Part shown: positions 33,721 to 47,000 of the stretch, piece after piece
Position numbering within the stretch: position 1 is the first letter of the stretch
Layout: every line of letters begins with the position of its first letter
NCBI GenBank assembly: GCA_040954595.2
Contig: CM082576.2
Location: 5,244,760-5,308,759 of the forward strand
Length of the DNA: 64,000 nucleotides
Origin: Balanoglossus misakiensis
Taxonomy: Eukaryota > Animalia > Hemichordata
Direction: 5' to 3'
Position numbers and translations under genes: made by a program
Notes under the pieces: model-generated
Databases searched by the model: none
The model's input: only the letters and a program-made list of their open reading frames with translations
What the model was told of the DNA's origin: nothing

Positions 33721-35362
33721 TACTTGTTATGAAACCACTCCTCCAATGGTCTTCATTCAGCCATGGAACACACAAACGCTCACCTCAATGTAGGCTAGTT
33801 GCATGGCCCAAATATACCGTACAACTTACCGTGACACACACGCACCATGCACACACACTCACAACAACGAGCACCTTTCGAAGAATTCAAAGTCGATGAA
33901 CTTGTTGGTGCCGTAACAAAAATGACCCATACACCGAGCATGTGGTCATGATGGTTTCAAAACTTTCAGCTGACATCCACATATAGCATCCGTAATGTTG
34001 CACTTCCAGGTTTGTTCAAAATCCGGTTCGCTGAACTGGCTACCGGCACCAGTCAGAATCGTTGAAAGATCTTAACAATTGCCCAAAATTTGGCTAATAC
34101 CGCTTACTTGTACATCATGCTTGTAACATCATAGCATCCACGTGGAACATACAGGCACTATCCTCGCACAGTTACAGCTGCGTAGCTTGGTCGTAGAAAT
34201 CCGGGATCAGTCTGCAAAACGAGGAAAGGGAAGTGAATAGTCTATCCATAAACACGAAACCAAATATCTACCTGGGTCACCGTACGCCAAACTGTTGTTC
34301 ATTCGCATATTGTACACCATACGCGACGACAAATATTTTAGGGCTTCGCTGACAGACAAGTTCCCCTAAACTCCAGCCTGGCACTATCCACGTTCACACA
34401 TTTTCAATTTTAGGCCCACAGCCAAGCGGAACATATTAAAATTCAACATTTTTTTGGGCAAAGACTTAACGGACACACGCAAAAACTGTTCCAAATGAAG
34501 CGTTTCAAAGCTTATTTTTGCTATTGACTGGTAGTACAAAATTTGCATTCGCTCACAATTCGAAAACACGCTGACTACACGTGAGCCCACTGTCAATTCA
34601 CCGAACCCGCTAGCAATTCGTTGTAGCCCCCCTCCCCTTTCCCGAAAAACTACCTTTTTATGTGAAAAAAACATGCCGCCCACCAGTAGAGCTTCAACAC
34701 CGACTTGTCTTAATTTTATAAACCGTACATCTCAAGTTGAGTAACGCGAATGGGTCGAATTTGTGAATAAAACGCAGCGAAGGCGCTGACCCGAGCTGTC
34801 TGACTGTGCGCATCCAATTTTTTTTCAATTCCGCGGTGTCAACGTCTGGCGTTTTAGTTGTCCGTAACTCGCCACAGAATAACCCATGTTTCTGTTCAAA
34901 AATTGAGTAAATGTGTCTACTTCTGTTACTTTACTTACCGCTGTCGTCATGAAGACTATCCAGCGGAGAAACTCTGTTTCGGGGGCAGAGTTCTCCGCAT
35001 CTTCTCGTGGTCCGTGCAACAGCGTGGCCGTCTGACTCTCAAATGAAAATGCACGGGGAAGGCTAGACGGAAATATCCAAGTGGAGATGGTCCAGGTGGT
35101 TCCAACCAATCAGCAGCGAACACGCGTCATTGCGTCATGTAGTGCCACTTGTCAAACTTGTTTTGTTATAATTCTTTTGTTCTACCTTGTATAATGTATG
35201 GCCTAGGCGAATGTTCTGGAATTTGCAACACAATATATGCATGATGTGTCAAAATTCTCGGTAATATAAATAATCTAAAGGGCGAACAGTCATATCGTGC
35301 GCGCGCAGCCAGTGTGTGAATTTTGCATCGTAGTGCAGCGGTGGTGAAAATAGAAACTTATC

Positions 35363-35576
35363 TGGAAATTTTGAAAATTCGCAAAGTCGAAAAATCGTCC
35401 ATTTTGGGCGATTTTCATGAGCTATAACCCATGATTTTTCTCAAATAATGCAGAAATTTCGAAATTCCGCAAAGTCGAAAAATTCTCATTTTTGGATGAT
35501 TTTCATGAACTATATAACCCATGATTTTTTCAAAAATCGGCCAAATTTTGAAATAACGCAAGGTCGAAAAATTCTC
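35363..35576 (-). repeat. ~2.5 diverged monomers of satellite A in inverted orientation
   Basis: gaaattttgaaaattcgcaaagtcgaaaaat..gattttcatgagctataacccatgatttt is the reverse complement of the A monomer. Confidence 0.9.
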
Positions 35577-35857
35577 AAAAAATGACAAATTCTTGCCTTT
35601 GTAAATTTTGATGATTTTGGCATTCTCATGTCATATGCATGGATTATACCACATACACGCTCAAAAAATGACAAATTCCTGACTTTGTAAATTTTGATGA
35701 TTTTGGAATTTTAATGTCATTTGCATGGATTATAGCTCATACACGCTCAAAAATGACAAATTCTTGACTTTGTAAATTTTGATGATTTTTGGCATTCTCA
35801 TGTCATATGCATGGATTATAGCTCATACACGCTCAAAAAATGACAAATTCTTGACTT
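35577..35857 (+). repeat. Satellite B, ~3.3 copies, truncated mid-monomer at the direct repeat
   Basis: Same 86-bp unit as 28511-28982; ends ...aaattcttgactt|cacatctcc. Confidence 0.95.
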
Positions 35858-35988
35858 CACATCTCCAGCTTTGATTCCATGTAGCATACGAGGTTACCAT
35901 GGTGTACTCATTTCAAATTACCGTAGAAATTGACAGCAACGTCGACGTTTCCGTCACTGAAAGCCTCTTGACCAATTTGCAGCAGTTT
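35858..35988 (+). repeat. 131-bp direct repeat, right copy
   Basis: Matches 30167-30297. Confidence 0.95.
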
Positions 35989-36697
35989 AAGCAGAACAGA
36001 AAAAAAACATAAATTCCATGATCGATGAAGGATACAGACAAGGTTTGCACTGATCAAATGTGCTTGTCTGCCACGAGGAGCATCCCTATTGTTATGGTAA
36101 CAATCATAAATAAGATGAACAGGAATTATCTATGAAATGTTTAATAAATAGTCGGGGGTAACACAGATTACCTAAGGGGCGGTGCACCATGATTCCCATG
36201 GTGGGCGTCGCATGTCGCATTTTATGATGGGCTGTCGGCTAAAATCGATATTTCAGTGATAAGGGACGGTGTACTGTGAATAGCCAGAGTCTGTCTTTAA
36301 ATCATGAGTAAAAACAACGCCGGTGAAATAACATCATAAAATGAAGCAGAGGCATACTGTGGAAAAAATGTTCACAGAAATTAGTCTAGGGTGCTCGACG
36401 TCGGGATAATGCATGTTTTACAATGTCGACAACGAAATCATGTAAAGGAATCTATTTTTCATTTATTTGACGTTTTTATTACAATGAACTGACCAATTAT
36501 ATGATCAACCTGTCCAAAGTGGCCGTGCGCTGACTCCTAAGTGGTTCTTAGGTGACTTATCGCCTCCAGAATCTGAAAACACAGACAGTACATGGCACCT
36601 CTTGATCGAGTGGCGACCTATTTTGCTGCAGACCGACCTGACCTACTGAGGGTGTAGCCACATCGTCGCATGCACTGACCTTCGTTTTGAGACGACA

Positions 36698-39600
36698 ATG
36701 GTTATCGCCAACGAGAAGAGTCAAAGTATAAAAACAGGTGAGGTTGTTTTAACTTTTCAACCGTGTGATCAGCAATAGTGGAAGGTATACAGTAAATGTC
36801 TGCTGAGCTGCATATCTCCAGGTTTATTAGACGTAACGATATGCACACCAGGGTAAACAACCAAGACACAATCCATTTATAAACCCGGGAAGGTCTATTT
36901 CAATAAACGGGCCTACTTTGTCAAAAAGGGAATACGTTGAATAACAAATCAAAGTTTGAAGCGCTTACTTTGGCAGAACCGAGTCTTTCAGAGACCACCA
37001 TATAGTGTCTGCGCTGTTTATGATATACGTGCGTGACCTAGTCCTACTCTCTAAAGTGCTGGGTCTTAAGCCCTCACACTTCTCACTTATGACCTCGAGG
37101 TTGTGTTTTCTTCTCCCATAAATAGTTGAAATACAAAGAAGACGTATTAGTGCGTTGAAATAATAACAGAACATTCGCCACATACATGTAGCTTCGCTCG
37201 GTTTTGGCACGATTTTCTAACCTTATTCAGAGAGTGTGCGGCCGTCTGTGGTGGGCGTTGTTACTCCGAACATTACCAGCAACTTCGATGGCTTTCAGTA
37301 GAAAACATAGCGCATATTCTGAAAGAAAATAATAGGCGTCAAAACATGTGACTTTAAGCTTTAATAGTAAGGGGTTTCAATAAACAGGTTCTGGGCCAAG
37401 AAAAGATGAAGATGACGTACGGGTGGACACTAAGCGCGGTGGACTCGGCAGATCCTGGATGTTCAACGACATTCGCGTCTTCACAGTCCTGCTGTTTTTC
37501 GTTGTAGTTTTCTATACCGCTGTTTACTCGTTCAACGTAGGCCTTCTAGTGACGCTTGAACGAAGGTTCAGGTAAGGAAATTCGAACAGTTGAGTCCAAA
37601 ATTATTAGTTTGCGTCATATTTAGAAGAAGTTTCTGAACTCTTACATATAGCATTATTTTATTTTAATTATAGTCGAAAAAAATAATTAAAAATGTAAAA
37701 TTGAGACGTCGGTGGCCATTGGCGTATGTCAAAAGTCTATGATGACATGTCTGGACCACCTGTCACAAATAAACACCGACCTGCTTCATAAGTAGTTCAG
37801 CATATGATAAAGGATTTTTATGACAAATCATATTTTGACCTGGTTGAGAAATGCAACACTAAAAAAAATCAAACGTGTTTAACAGCCAACCGTGAACCGG
37901 ATAATGATTTAATATGTTGTTTATATTGTTTCTATATTTTGCAGTCTTACCGCCAAACAGCAAGGATTCCTGTACAGTTCAATCGGCATCGCGACAATGT
38001 GCACCATCCCATTCGTGTCGTATTTCCTCGGGAAGCCCTCGAGTCACCGCCCGCGCTGGCTTGGCATGGCCGTCATCGTGTTAGGCACGGCGTTTTGCGT
38101 CAGTAGTTTGCCCCACTTTCTGTCTGCGCCCTACCAGTACGACAAAGCTGGCAACTACTCGCGGCGGACCAGCTCCGGAACTGGACTCTGCGATGACGGT
38201 CCATCGGCGGGTGGTGGCAGCGACGCTTGCGGTTCAGAACAGGATGCAGCGTCGGTCGATAATGAAATGGCTTACGCTATATTTCTCCTCTGTAACATTT
38301 GTTCCGGAATATGTGTAGGATTCATCACGACTCTTGCCTTTTCGTACATCGACGATTTCTCTGGTGACAGATCTTCAATATATTTAGGTGAGGGTAATAA
38401 TTATTAGAAATGAATGCAGCATTCATGACTATCGATTAATTTAATTCTTAACGGATTATCCTCCAAGCGCTAATATCATCGTTTTCAATCTTTTTTTTCA
38501 CTCAGGTCTAATAGACGGTGCCTGGGGTATCGGTTTACCTCTTGGATTTGGTGCTATGAGTGCAGTCTTTCTCGCCATCTACGTTGACTTTGATCGCGTT
38601 GACATGGCGGACATCAATATCGACGATTCTGATCCAAGGTGGATCGGAGCGTGGTGGGTGGTTGGAGCAGCCGGGGGACCCACTCTTATGCTGTTATCGA
38701 TGCCTTTGTTTTTCTTCCCAAAAAGTCTTCCGCTTGATAACATGGTAGGAGATACCACAGACAGAGAAACTGAGGAGAGACCCAAGGAAAACACTGTGTA
38801 TTCAAAGGGGAAAATGATACTTCATCACGTAAAAGGTAAAAGCAAGAACAATGTGAGTTAAGGCAGACGGCGTTTATTAAAATTTACCTTAGCATTCAAC
38901 AACATCCCAGGGGAAGTGAAATATTGATAAGAGGTTTTGCAACATGTCAGCATGATATGTTTCGGCAACCAGATACTCTGTTCTTTCCTCCATGATATAT
39001 GCATGCATGTGTAATCAGTGCAAATATAATATTCTCATTCGATCACATTAATTTCTTCCACTTCACAGACATTTTACTGACAACGCGGACTTTGTTACGG
39101 AACCCAGTGTATATGCTTGTTACATTCGGATATGCTATCAACCAGCCCGTGGCCTTTGCTCTGTTCATGCCAAAATATTTTCAGAAAGACCTGGGATTTA
39201 CTCTGGCTATGTCAAACTTAATTGTTGGTGAGTAAATCTAGCGAGTGACAATGATGTATTTGGGAAATGTGGTTATAAGTGTTCAAAATGCCCCAGTTTA
39301 TTGAATTGGACAAAGATTTCACCAAGCGTAACTTTATTATAACAATATGCTATTGTCCTTCATGCCAGGTAATTTCACGAGAAACGCTTTCATCCCATAG
39401 GAATATCTGACCAAGTGGACTGATCTGAGATATTTCATATTTTTCAGGATTTTTGTGGTTATTTCCTAATTTTCCAACCGCAGTCGTCATTGGTTGGCTA
39501 ATTAAGAAGTTCAAGTTGACAAAAATTGGACTGGTCAAACTGATGATCGGCTTAATAATCTGCATAATCGTTACCAACAGCCTGGTGATTGGTCTACCGT

Positions 39601-41340
39601 GCGAAGGACCTTATTTTGAAGGGTCCAGGTAAGTTTGCATCATTTACATAAACGCGCGCCCATGATACTGAGTGCCGAAGTGAAATCTTGGGAATTAAAG
39701 TGGTGCTTTCGTTGGATTTGTAGGTCGGGGGAAACCATGGTTGTTGACTGTAACTCTGGGTGTGATTGCGAACTGGATCACTATCAACCCGTGTGTGGAT
39801 CAAACGGTTTGAACTATTACTCTCCTTGTTATGCGGGATGCTCCACTTTTATAAGTGACACGGTGAGTAACATATTATTAATTTTTGACCAATAATACCA
39901 CATCCATGATCTCCAGAGTTTGACTATCGTAAACGAATTTTCCATCTCACCGGTCTTACTAGAGACGATCCATGCTTAATAACGCCCTTGTCAGTGGTAC
40001 TTGAATATTTGTCTTTCTTTGACAAATTATGGGAAAGCATATTGAGTCGAATTATGATTTTATGTTTTCTTAATTTCTTAATCAGTAACTGAAAATCACG
40101 ACTTGCTATATGTTAAACATTCTTGTGAAAGAACATGCCGTGTATGTTTCATATTGCCAAATTTCCACCGTTATAGAATTTTACCGAGTGCCTGTGTATC
40201 AACCCGGACAATCCCGTGAATACCTTTGCCCAAGATGGACTCTGCCCGATCCCTACGTGCAAATACTACAGTGCCTTTCTGTTGATTCTCACCGTTTTCG
40301 CCGTTTGCAACAGTGGAATGAGTCTTCCTGTCACTATGGTGACTGTCAGGTTAGTATTTGTGTGGCAACGCTTTCTTTTAAATGAAACCAAGCCATGTTT
40401 TCAGCGCCACCTTAAGATTGATCATTTTGTTACAGGTGTGTAGACCAAAAACAGAAGTCTTATGCGCTCGGTTTGAAACAAGTCATGACGTCAGTTTGTA
40501 AGTATCCTGTCAAACATTCATTTCATTGGCGGACCGTGTCGTATCGTATCGTATCGTATCATACTTCTGAAAGAATCGAAAATTTCTTTCTGGTTACACA
40601 TTTTGACGTCTGCCTTTGTCACACGATTTTTCGTAAAATAAAACTTCGTTTTCCATACATTTCAGTTCAGATTCCAGCTGTAATAGTGGCCGGGGCGCTC
40701 ATCGATCACACGTGTTTGTTGTGGCGGGAAGATTGCGGGGAAAGAGGAGCATGCGCACAGTATGACAACACACTATACCGAGTGGTGATACTGTCCATAT
40801 GTGCTGGTTTAAGTGTCATAGCGTTGATCTTGTTCGTGGTCGCGTTGATTATACTCACCAGGAGAGAGAGACACCAGGAGGAAACCGATGGCCACAGTTA
40901 TGGGGAACTTAATGGTGACTCAAACAGCAGCTTCGAATTGAAAAATATAATGGTTTGTATGCATGCTAGTATTAACACGTTTCGTGCAGAAAAAAGACAT
41001 CAAGACTTCAACTGGAAGTAATGAAAGTCTTTGGCTGCTGAAATACGCCTATCAGACATATTCAATTGTCTGGAGTTTTAAGTAGCTGGAGTGAGGATTA
41101 TTTTACTCCACAAAATCGGCTGCCGTGAAGTTGAACGTTTGCAAGTCATGTTATGTTCTGCCATCTTGTGCACTGCCAGCCATGATGTCATTCAGAAAAA
41201 AAGTTTTGCGATTCTGCTTTCCTAACAAAACGGTTCACTGGAGTATATAGAGGCTTCAATTTCAATGGTTTAATGAATTGTCTTCATTTTTCATCACCCA
41301 GATCCATGCGATGGATAACGACGGTTTCATTACCAAATAA
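36698..41340 (+). CDS. SLCO: Organic anion transporting polypeptide (SLCO/OATP family), paralogue 3; 11 coding exons, ~678 aa
   Basis: GT-AG exons 36698-36737, 37388-37571, 37945-38387, 38506-38835, 39069-39227, 39448-39628, 39724-39862, 40177-40349, 40436-40497, 40666-40952, 41302-41340(TAA) total 2037 nt in frame. Same motifs and intron phases as paralogues 1 and 2. Confidence 0.93.
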
Positions 41341-43703
41341 TCATTTACATTTCCCCCGGGTAAGAAGCGTCTCACCAGAAACGATCACAAATTGACGACA
41401 GGACTATAGTTTGTTCTTAGACGTGAAGAGGAGACCATTCTTGTCTGTGATTGGAGAAGTGATGGCGCTTTCGGTAAACGTCCACACAAATTCTATTTTC
41501 TGTTTGAGAAGCAAGAACACGTCAGATATCAATATTATTTTGTTATCTTTTTTTGCTATAACAAATGGATCCTGCGATGAAGTCTTTCAAAAACACATGT
41601 ACATTATATATTGTGCAATTAAATCAATTATACCACTCTTTGTCTCGTGCCCATTGTTCTAACCAGACGTCTCATTTTCCGCAATCGTTTTTTTTACAAA
41701 TACATTAAGTTAGTTTATTTTCATGGCATTGATTACAAAGCTTGGTGAGTCACTGGAATTTGTTAAGGCTTCAGATTTATATTCACGTCGCAGTGCCCAT
41801 TAATGTCAGCATTTCAACGGCATTTATGGTTAATCTTGTTTTTCATGCATCCCTTTGCTTACGAGGTGTTCATCTCAGACGTGCCTTGCACTCAGCAAAC
41901 CTTCCTTCTATAATACCGCCCTCAAGCGTTGGTCCTGACGTCACGTGCACCTTGTAGATATTACTTTCCTTGGGGTCAGCGAGATCCAGTATAGATCTTG
42001 AAGTTCCCTTGTTATTATTGAAGACTTGCATGTAGTTGTGGCTCGAACTCCCTATTTTATCCTTAATCATACAGTCATACCGATATAATCGTGTCAGGGT
42101 TGTCGGAGCGTTGCATACGCCGTTTTTTTACGCCGATTTTTTGCTGTTCAAGTCGCAAAAGGAGTTATATAATTCAACCACTATCTTTATCCTAGCCGCA
42201 TATGGATATAAAACCACATAAGTCATTCAACCGTGTTTGACATTATCTCAATGAAATCATCCTATTTCATTGCTTCCAGGTGGTTGCTAGAGAGTGACCT
42301 TGTTTAATCGTTACGGAACAAGACCCAGCGATTCGTTAACCGATAATAAAAAAAATTGAACGCGCAGTGACGGTTGATTTCAATGGAACAATTTCACGTA
42401 CTGATGAACAATCAAGTTATTCTCACGATTCGGAATTCCTTTGTGATTTCTTTTATCCCTTAACACCGACGACACATTTTAATATCACACTTCGAATATA
42501 AACGTCCTTCATCGACACCTGTTGTATAACAAGACTACACATAATTTCATCTAGTGATTAATTTATGAGTACACCAGTAGCAGCACTGTTCATTATTTCC
42601 GACGATCTCAATGAAAAAAGTATGAAAGCTTATGGCGTAGGCGTGCCATTAATTTCTTTCGTATCATTGAGTGGTCAAGCCTGTTAACGAGTATTTGGTC
42701 TAGGTTAGAAATGCGGGTTTGCAGAATGGTGTACCGCGGACACATGAGGCGCTCTTCACATACAAAAAATGTTCAGGAGTTAACCAAATAAAAAGAGAGT
42801 GTCTAAACATAGTCCCACGAATGGAGTGGCCATTTAGAGGTGGCGTTTGAGCGGGTCGACGACCAGTTACGCTTCTCAAATGAAATCGGCATGCCTCGGG
42901 GCAGTCTTTGCTGTGTCGAGCAAATTTACTTACTCGTTCATGAAATGGTCACAAACATTCGAATTTCCCCTTTCAGAGACGCATAATAAATGAAAGATGC
43001 CGGAAATGGAGAAGATATTATGATGGAGAATAAGTAAGGTTGTTATTATTGGAACAATTGGTGCTCGTAGCCGTGGCAGAGTGTTGCGAAATATAATACA
43101 TTAATGGAATACCTTACTTTAATAGACTTGCACTGGGCTGATCAGTGAAATCAGTGCAACGCTCCTCATCTTGCCTTTGGCGAGGGTGGATGTTGCGGGC
43201 TTGAAATACAGGAAATTAATGTCGATTTTGGCTTCACGCTAAAAAAGATACCCTTTTTATGTAAAATGGTCGATATTTAAACCAAATATTTGTAATTACA
43301 AATAATTTTTGTGTGTGTAAAACATACGTATTTCTGCAAAACGTATTATGCCCGACTTTTCTCCGGTATATGTGGACTACTAGATGTAACGATATTGTCA
43401 CGCCGTTTGAGGGTAACTTATCCTGAATAGCAATGCATCATTATTAATGTCAACCCACGGTTATATCAGTGTCCTCAAAACGGTGTCAGCGAACGGGGAA
43501 TTGGTTGCAATTGGACAAAAACAAATTGCTTGCTCGCGTCTTAGGGGAAATGAATGATGCCTATAATACAGTATACAAATATTTGAACTCGACTGATAGC
43601 GAGAATACTTTCAATCGTATACTGCGGGGCATAAATAAGAACGATAAATACAACTGCGAACCAATGCCAATAGGAAATTATTAATAGTATGCTAATTAGC
43701 GCA

Positions 43704-43712
43704 AGTCACGTG
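43704..43712. promoter_or_regulatory. AGTCACGTG E-box ~300 bp upstream of globin 1 ATG
   Basis: The same 9-mer lies ~290 bp upstream of the globin 2 ATG; function inferred. Confidence 0.3.
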
Positions 43713-44007
43713 GCTTTTCCTGATATAGCGAGCAAACGATGACTATTTCTACTTTTACTTCGTCATTGAGAATTTGCTGGAGACACATCGTAGAAGTTAT
43801 CAGCGACACAAAGCAACACAGCGTCTGCTACAACAGGTATTTTGGAGCTCAAACGAGTTGTACAGCTGAGCCCGTTAGACATCCCCCGTGGGCCTGTATG
43901 CCAACAACGCACTTGCAACACGGTCGTCGGAATCGGTATTGATGCAAGCTGGATTGCGCGTGCTCTCACTACTATAGTACAAATCGCGCGGCGGGACGGT
44001 AGAGGAC

Positions 44008-47000
44008 ATGGGATGTGAGAGCTCACGGGTCGACGGGGAAAAGCCTCAGAAACTCACAGCCGAGCAGAAACAGTTGGTCGCCGATTCCTGGAAAGAACTG
44101 CACATCGATCTCGAGAGAATAGGAATGCTTATGTTCATGGGGTATGTATTCGCTCTCCTATACAAAAGCGTGTTCTAAAGCGGCGAAACATCCAACTGTA
44201 GATTGCAGGTCACCGCGCCACCGATCAATGCATTGACGACACGAAGACATGGGTAATAATATAATAACAACAGGCCAAGCGGTTCTTAATACAAAACTGG
44301 TCATATGACCAGTTTTCATAATTATGTATTCACTAGCGATGTATTGACGCACAGCAAAACAAAAACTGTACTGGGATGGAGGGGGCTCAAACACATCTGA
44401 AATATTTTCACGCCTAGAGATTGCAATTGGTATGTTAAATGCTGCATTATGTTTAATGACTGAAATATGTCGCTAATATTATCAAATAGCACAAATTATT
44501 TCGAAATTGCCCATGGTTCTCAAAGCTTCTCTGTATTAGCCCTTTTTGTGTACGTGCCAATAAATCGCGGGATACGTGTAACTGCTTGTTTGACTATCAA
44601 TAAACATGCCGGCAAAATTGTTAATCCCGCATATAGTTTTATTTTTACACGTGCAGTATAATAAAGATTTATGATGACGCTATAGACAGCATTACTACAG
44701 ATGTAATAACCACTTAGTGAGTCGGGGTACACCTATATAAGAACGGGCGCGCACGGTTAACGAGAGGAGACGAACGCTATTAATGTAATACTGAAATATG
44801 AACATTCCTTTTCAGCTGTTGGGCATTTTAAGGAACGGAAATAAAACTACCGTAAGCATTTTTATAGTGTGAACATAACGGTAAATCGTTGTACATGATT
44901 CCAATGCGACTGGTCGATAATGACTTTGCAGAAGGCGGTTTGTAGTTTTTATACTACTACTGAAACGGCGCTATAAGGACTTGTGATGTTTACACCGAGT
45001 TATTCAGGATCTCGTGCAAGTTTCAAATACAGTCGATGTCGGTGCATTCAGGTACTACTTTCTGTTTTCTTCAATTATTCTCTTTAAAAAAACGACTGAA
45101 TTGATCTGTCTTTCAGTCACTAGGTTTTTCTTCTGTAAGAATCATTCAGCCAATAAAGGATTAAACGCGGACGACAAAATTATTTGGAGACCCCATACAC
45201 ACTTCGCTGTTGGCAGAAATCGTTTTCAATGAGCACATCTTCGGGGCACAAGGGTCGTTATCTTCGGCGACTTCAGAAGTAATCACTACTTTTACAAAAG
45301 TAATAATGGGTCGCAAATGATGTACAATCACACTCTGGATCTGATGTAGCCCATCGGGTAATGATCGGAAGTACCATTCATTTTGCACAGAATTGTTTGA
45401 TTATTTTTTTTGCGGAGTTCGGGTTGAATTCAAAGGAATCGTGACGATACGAAAACTCAGCGTTTCGATAACACGACTCGAATAGAATGGCGAAATCTTT
45501 AAAACTGGTTTCTATGGAGACGGGAGGGGGAGGGAGGAAATGGGACTTGTCAGTCTTCGTGACATGCGGGCTTCAAAATCCACATTCAAGCAATTCAAGC
45601 AGTCGAACGAATTCAGCACCTTCATGACGTTGCAACTTCACGAGTCAGTCACACACAGGTATATCCAGCAATGAATGAGAAAGTGAACTCACAAGTAATG
45701 TAAACGTTCGCTGAACCATACTTAATTCCTCTGACATCGAAGTCCGATTAAGCAAAAAGGTTTCAAACTCAGCAATTTCGGTCTGACGTGACAAGAAAAT
45801 CTGAAGGGGTTCATTAACAATAGTAACATCGCACACCCAACCACAAATGCTTGTATAGGCAAATGTTTCATAAGGACAAATCCACGATAATCATACGTGG
45901 TTGATTGACTGTCAATTATCCCTCCAATTTCAACGCGCTGTCACCTATCATTGAAGACTGAGAAACCACCACACAAAAAGCATTTTAGCTCGAGAGACAC
46001 TATATTCATACTATATCACAGTGCATCACATATGCGCTTGTCACTAATCTTAGATTGGGCGCACTAAATGATATATAATTTTAACATTTCTTTCAATGCT
46101 GTTTGTCATATACTAGTTAAAACCGGGAGAAAGGTGATACAGCTGTGGTTACGAGTGAATTGAAAAAAACAATTTATGAATTTATAGTTTGCTCACCACC
46201 TTCGAACATTAGCACGCGTGGTGTTAAAAGACGTCGTGATTTGTTAGGGTCGCCACGTATAAAACTCGAATGTAATAGCCCTTTGGTAAACCGCGTGCGT
46301 TAAGAAGTTTTACGTTGCAGCTATTTTTAAACCATAATCATAAATAATGTCGGCGGTTCGTAATCACGTAAAACGACAATAGTTTCAATTTCAGCTTCGA
46401 TTTTTCGACGGATTTTTTTTATTGTCATAGTCACTAACACAATTTTCGACATTCCAATATAAATTCAAAGGCTTTTTCCACGTGTATTTATTAATGCCAT
46501 GCCGTGAACTGAATATCATATGTCGACGATCAAATTTCGGATTATGAACCTATTGCTTCTTGTTTGATACGTAATTAAATGAAATGGACAAACAATCGTT
46601 CGCTGTCAACATGTCTGAGTTATATTGAAATATGAACAAGATATTTGAAGAATGTGTTTTCGTTAGATATGAGGTCGTCTCGTTTGACCTGACTGACATT
46701 ATTCTTCCAAACCACTATTGCTGCTGAGTACAGTATATAATTCACATCGCCATTCAAGAGGAACAAAATCAGTTTGTTTCCATGGTGACAGATAAGTGTT
46801 ATCCCAAACAAGTCAGGGACTCCATTAATCTCAATTCGTCCTTGCCGTATTCACCGGCTCAGAACTGATCGAGAGTTGTTCAATAATGCGATCTCTACTT
46901 GACGACGTATTAAGCGAAGGAATCGTTTATTTTAACCCACGGTGCGTGTGCAGTAATCATCACCGGTGCTGAAGCAGAGGCGCTGCAGCCTCGGCCACCT

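Larger units (their letters stand above)
30298..35857. mobile_element. 5.56-kb insertion bounded by 131-bp direct repeats, with satellite A/B sequence at its ends; no transposase seen
   Basis: Flanking duplication; A-like left end ttgataaaaatcatgg; inverted A-like monomers 35363-35576 then B monomers to 35857; internal tandem repeats. Mobility is inferred. Confidence 0.6.

Noticed and set aside
30167-35988. LTR retrotransposon with 131-bp LTRs
   Set aside because: No TG..CA ends, primer-binding site, polypurine tract, short outer TSD or gag/pol were recognised.
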